Assembly: GCF_006345805.1 (NCBI RefSeq)
Contig: NC_042999.1
Span: 11,098,001 to 11,162,000 of the forward strand
Length of the DNA stretch: 64,000 bases
From: Octopus sinensis
Taxonomy: Eukaryota
Reading direction: 5' to 3'
Made by a program: the position numbers and the translations under genes. Below, piece by piece: positions 63,671-64,000 of this stretch (positions within the stretch are counted from its first letter, which is position 1; every line of letters starts with the position of its first letter). Under the pieces are notes generated by a model. That model ran no database searches and was not told the origin of the DNA. It worked only from the letters and a program-made list of their open reading frames with translations.

Positions 63671-64000
63671 GGGTGATTGTGACAGTGGTATTGATAGTGG
63701 TGCTAATGATGATGATGATGACGACAATGATAAGGTGATGATTATGATGATGTTCATGGACAACAATGATGATAATGATGACAATGATGAGAATGATGAC
63801 AACAACGTCATTGATGACGAAGAGGAGGAGGAGGAGGAGGAAGCACTTAACTGTGTCGGCCTTAACTCAGTAAAACAGTTTGTATTTTTGTTTTTTCTGT
63901 TGGTCTTTCAGAATAAATTTGCATGGAATATGTAAAGTTGGGTGTATTTTATACTTTTTAATATTTCAGTTTTCTTTGAATTGGATTAAGGATGGAACAA

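Noticed and set aside
56165-63811. 2548-, 1372- and 1282-aa extensin/mucin-like ORFs
   Set aside because: The minus strand of (GGT)3(A/G)TT cannot contain stops in any frame, and the translation flips between PPPT, TTTN and HHQY at indels. Compositional artefact.
63880-63940. Plus-strand acceptor-like tract followed by a possible micro-exon (NKFAWN)
   Set aside because: At the window edge, very short, with no corroboration.

Overview
This is eukaryotic, repeat-saturated DNA with no host gene that I can support. The SINE/LINE repertoire and microsatellite load point to a cephalopod, most likely Octopus; that is an inference from family resemblance, not a database hit. Roughly a quarter of the window is three very large tandem arrays: degenerate (CAT/CAC)n at 1-6393, a 21-bp minisatellite at ~50241-53183 and a 12-bp (GGT)3(A/G)TT array at ~56322-63670. 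Most ORFs in the supplied track are artefacts of these arrays and of smaller microsatellites. The rest is a mosaic of three tRNA-derived SINE families, many 5'-truncated RTE-clade LINE ends with (GAT)n tails, CR1-clade LINEs, R4/Dong-like restriction-endonuclease non-LTR fragments, the 5' end of a Helitron and a Penelope-like element. Main observations: (1) an intact minimal type I hammerhead ribozyme core (17288-17318) capping a ~130-nt rod-like hairpin within a run of further hairpins, with no coding element attached (retrozyme or solo-pLTR candidate); (2) a Penelope-like GIY-YIG fragment bracketed by inverted terminal repeats that each carry a decayed hammerhead; (3) five different R4/Dong-like 3' ends stacked head-to-tail, mostly separated by (TAA)n; (4) a CR1 LINE and the commonest SINE sharing a 3' stem-loop with compensatory changes; (5) a PHD-like zinc finger inside an RTE reverse transcriptase. 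Two near-identical duplications (around the N-gap and at 23.2-26.1 kb) look like assembly artefacts. Boundaries of interspersed repeats are read by eye and are approximate.
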